From: Lachnospiraceae bacterium
GTDB lineage: Bacteria; Bacillota; Clostridia; Lachnospirales; Lachnospiraceae
Length of the DNA stretch: 42,359 nucleotides
Assembly: GCA_024690265.1 (NCBI GenBank)
Contig: JAILCW010000054.1
Span: forward strand, 1 to 42,359
Reading direction: 5' to 3'
Positions 39,496 to 42,359 of this stretch are shown here, piece by piece. Position 1 is the stretch's first letter. Every line of letters starts with the position of its first letter. The position numbers and the translations under genes are program-made. The notes beneath the pieces are model-generated. The model did not search any database. It was not told the origin of the DNA and worked only from the letters and a program-made list of their open reading frames with translations.

Positions 39496-41727
39496 TTACA
39501 GATGAAGGACCCGGTCCTTGATCTCCTGGGTACGTCCCTGGTTCCAGAACTGTGTTCCGATGTAACCACAGGTACGACGTGCTACAGACATCTTGTCCTG
39601 GTCACGGTTACCGCAGTTCGGGCACTCCCAAACCAACTTGCCGGAGTTATCTTCTACGATCTTAATCTCTCCGTCATAACCACAAACCTCACAGAAATCA
39701 CTCTTGGTGTTCAGCTCTGCATACATGATGTTGTCATAAATGAACTTCATAACAGAGATAACAGCCGGAATGTTATGCTGCATGTTTGGAACTTCGATGT
39801 AGCTGATAGCGCCTCCCGGAGACAGCTTCTGGAATTCAGACTCGAACTTCAGCTTGTCGAATGCATCGATTTCCTCAGTAACATGAACATGATAACTATT
39901 GGTGATATAGTTCTTGTCAGTTACGTGTGGAATGATACCAAAACGCTTCTGTAATGCCTTAGCAAACTTATATGTCGTAGACTCCATTGGAGTTCCGTAT
40001 ACAGAGTAGTCAATGTTCTCTGCCGCTTTCCACTCAGCACACTTATCGTTGAGCTTCTGCATAACCTTGACGGCGAACTCCTTACCCATTGGATCGGTAT
40101 GAGATACACCAAGCATACGATAGCACATCTCGCTCAAGCCTGCATAACCAAGAGAGATGGTGGAATATCCGTTGTATAACAACTTATCAATGGTCTCACC
40201 CTTCTCAAGTCGAGCCAATGCACCATGCTGCCATAAGATTGGAGCAACATCAGATACGGTGCCGAGCAAACGCTCGTGACGGCAACGAAGTGCACGATGG
40301 CACAACTCCAAGCGATCTTCCAAAATAGACCAGAACTTGTCCATATCACCATAGGAAGAGCAAGCAACATCAACCAGGTTAATTGTTACAACACCCTGAT
40401 TGAATCGGCCATAGTAACGACGCTCACCTTCACGATAATTGCGACGCTTCTCGATATTGCCAATTCCCGCTGCAGTAAATCGATCCGGTGTTAAGAAAGA
40501 ACGGCAACCCATGCATGTATAAAGGTCTCCACCCTTTAACTCCTTCATTACCTTGGCAGAAATATAATCAGGAACCATACGCTTTGCAGTACACTTCGCA
40601 GCAAGCTCCGTTAAGTAGAAGTATGGCGCATCCTCATGAATGTTATCCTCATCCAATACATAAATGAGCTTCGGGAATGCCGGTGTTACCCAGACACCCT
40701 TCTCATTCTTAACGCCCTGCATTCTCTGCAGAAGAACTTCCTTGATAATCTTGGCAAGGTCTTCTCTGGTCTGTCCTTCCGGGACCTCATCCAAATACAT
40801 GAACATGGTTACGAATGGAGCCTGACCATTACAGGTCATAAGGGTAATCAACTGATACTGAATGGTCTGGATACCGTTACGAATCTCTGTCTCCAAACGA
40901 TTCTCTGTCAGCTTATCTACAATCTTATCATCAATTGCCTCACCACATTCCTGACGTTCAGCAATTACCTGTGCACGAATCTTCTGACGGCTGATGTCAA
41001 CAAATGGAGCCAAGTGAGACAAGGAGAAGGACTGTCCACCGTACTGATTAGATGCTACCTGCGCAACAATCTGAGTAGTTACATTACATGCAGTAAAGAA
41101 GCTATGTGGACGCTCGATCATGGTCTCGGAAATAACGGTTCCGTTCCACAACATATCCTCTAAGTTAATCAAATCACAGTTATGCTCACGCTGTGCAAAA
41201 TAATCAGAATCGTGGAAGTGGATGATTCCCTCTTCATGCGCCTTAGTAATCTCCTCCGGCAACAATACACGCTGGGTCAAATCCTTGGATACTTCACCTG
41301 CCATGTAATCACGCTGGGTTGAGTTAATAACAGGGTTCTTATTAGAGTTCTCCTGCTTTACCTCTTCATTCAACTGATCAATCAGCGCTAAGATTCCGTT
41401 ATCTGTGGTGTTTGTCTTACGAGACAACTCACGCTTATAACGATAACGCACATACTTCTGAGCGACTTCGTAGCAACGCATCTCCATGATACCGGTCTCT
41501 ACCATATCCTGGATATCCTCTACGTTTACCGCATGAGATGACTCTGCCACCTGACGTGCGATTTTGTCTGCTACTGCCTGAATCTGATAATCGTTCATCT
41601 GATGGATTCCGGCAATCTCAGCGTTCGCTTTACGAATCGCGTTGATAATCTTCTCCTTCTGAAAATCTACCTCGCGTCCGTTACGTTTGATAATGTGCGT
41701 GCGAACCTCCAAATCCTTTGTTTCCAA
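39496..41727 (-). CDS. nrdD: Class III anaerobic ribonucleoside-triphosphate reductase
   Basis: ATP-cone IIKRNG, IHFHD, HNC, YTCMGCRSFL, CEVC...CPNC zinc site, RRTCGYIG glycyl radical motif; TTG start with GAGGAGG. Confidence 0.98.
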   Translation of the reverse strand: METKDLEVRTHIIKRNGREVDFQKEKIINAIRKANAEIAGIHQMNDYQIQAVADKIARQVAESSHAVNVEDIQDMVETGIMEMRCYEVAQKYVRYRYKRELSRKTNTTDNGILALIDQLNEEVKQENSNKNPVINSTQRDYMAGEVSKDLTQRVLLPEEITKAHEEGIIHFHDSDYFAQREHNCDLINLEDMLWNGTVISETMIERPHSFFTACNVTTQIVAQVASNQYGGQSFSLSHLAPFVDISRQKIRAQVIAERQECGEAIDDKIVDKLTENRLETEIRNGIQTIQYQLITLMTCNGQAPFVTMFMYLDEVPEGQTREDLAKIIKEVLLQRMQGVKNEKGVWVTPAFPKLIYVLDEDNIHEDAPYFYLTELAAKCTAKRMVPDYISAKVMKELKGGDLYTCMGCRSFLTPDRFTAAGIGNIEKRRNYREGERRYYGRFNQGVVTINLVDVACSSYGDMDKFWSILEDRLELCHRALRCRHERLLGTVSDVAPILWQHGALARLEKGETIDKLLYNGYSTISLGYAGLSEMCYRMLGVSHTDPMGKEFAVKVMQKLNDKCAEWKAAENIDYSVYGTPMESTTYKFAKALQKRFGIIPHVTDKNYITNSYHVHVTEEIDAFDKLKFESEFQKLSPGGAISYIEVPNMQHNIPAVISVMKFIYDNIMYAELNTKSDFCEVCGYDGEIKIVEDNSGKLVWECPNCGNRDQDKMSVARRTCGYIGTQFWNQGRTQEIKDRVLHL

Positions 41728-41739
41728 ACTACTACTCCT

Positions 41740-41863
41740 CCTCTATATTTAGTGGTACTTACAATTCATTTATTTATATGAAAACTATCCGCGAGCCGCG
41801 AAATTACAAGAAAAATCACAAAATCTAGACACTCACAAAAGAATGAAACACTATATCTTGTAC
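41740..41863. promoter_or_regulatory. NrdR boxes upstream of nrdD
   Basis: ACACTATATCTTGTAC (41848-41863) and TCACAAAATCTAGACA (41816-41831) are 32 bp apart and match acaCwAtATaTwGtgt; a third candidate CCACTAAATATAGAGG (minus strand, 41740-41755) abuts the RBS. Confidence 0.8.
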
Positions 41864-41934
41864 ATGAATCATCATATACCATATATACCAAAAATGGAAG
41901 AGGAATTTTTAAAATCTGCTAACTTAGTGACGCA

Positions 41935-42127
41935 CCCCTCTAAGCATGAACATATTTTCCCGCGGGGTCGCTTCTTCGCTCCGCTTCGGTCGTTGCTAAG
42001 CGAACGTCCCCCGGACGTTCAGCAACGCTTCCTCTACAGACGTAGCGGATACTACGAAATTACTGCGCAATTTCTAGTACCGACGTCTGCAAAGGCCCGC
42101 TACGGAGAATATATAGATGAGCAGGGG
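41935..42127 (+). repeat. Bulged-hairpin dispersed element, copy C, with a nested 49-bp hairpin
   Basis: CATATTTTCCCGCG (41951) is identical to the copy A end; 22-mer identical to copy B; extra segment 41981-42029 relative to copy B. Confidence 0.85.
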
Positions 42128-42136
42128 CTCTGTTTG

Positions 42137-42190
42137 CTACATATTAATTGTAAAAGTAAGCGTTTTACCATCCTTGCTAGCCGCAGATAT
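42137..42190 (-). CDS. 3' end of a host-like gene, possibly the tail of a sensor histidine kinase HATPase domain
   Basis: Reads ISAASKDGKTLTFTINM-stop, resembling the last beta strands of HATPase_c; cut off upstream by high-GC sequence. Confidence 0.4.
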   Translation of the reverse strand: MSAASKDGKTLTFTINM

Positions 42191-42192
42191 CT

Positions 42193-42357
42193 ATCGAATC
42201 CCTGGTCGTAGCCGCCGAACATGCCGTGGAGGGAGAGGATCACCGGGGCCTGCCGGGGGCCGGTGTCGATGTAGGCGATGCGACCGTGGCTGAGCCGGGA
42301 TGTGCGCGCGGGGTAGCGGGAGAGTCGGGCCCTGCCGGCGGCGCGGGCCCGCCGGAG
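42193..42357 (-). other. High-GC fragment encoding part of an alpha/beta hydrolase N-terminus; probably foreign or chimeric
   Basis: 45 of 60 bases are G/C at 42241-42300; translates to RLSHGRIAYIDTGPRQAPVILSLHGMFGGYDQGFD (HG oxyanion motif). Confidence 0.65.
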
Positions 42358-42359
42358 GC

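Noticed and set aside
38766-42127. Repeats as a CRISPR array, tRNA or riboswitch
   Set aside because: Copies are kilobases apart with no spacer periodicity and no cloverleaf; they lie 3' of genes in either orientation, and I recognise no riboswitch consensus.
41843-42211. 122-aa plus-strand ORF
   Set aside because: Runs across NrdR boxes, hairpin copy C and the chimeric junction; no RBS or protein-like features.

Overview
A mostly housekeeping chromosomal segment from an anaerobic Clostridia-type Firmicute; gene content and order suggest Lachnospiraceae (inference). Left to right it holds: (1) a maltodextrin locus (sugar ABC transporter, malQ, LacI repressor, 5' part of a glucan phosphorylase) with visible LacI-type operators; (2) a PLP aminotransferase, trxA, a Cys-motif membrane protein, yigZ, a class A PBP, and a galactokinase-like gene divergent from an AraC regulator; (3) an AT-rich two-gene islet (secreted protein plus membrane protein); (4) type III glutamine synthetase and fba; (5) a tightly packed ftsH-uvrC-hprK-M18 peptidase-murB-rapZ-whiA-HPr-like-lipid kinase run; (6) an amino-acid-type ABC transporter, nadABC, a REC-GGDEF-EAL protein, and nrdDG with NrdR boxes. 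The most unusual signal is non-coding: three divergent copies (about 17.24-17.46, 38.77-38.91 and 41.94-42.13 kb) of a long bulged-hairpin element. The copies show compensatory base changes, each sits right after a stop codon, and one carries a nested 49-bp hairpin insertion. The last ~165 bp are high-GC sequence fused mid-gene, probably a chimeric contig end. No rRNA, tRNA, CRISPR array, transposase or integrase was seen. All calls are by eye, without database searches.
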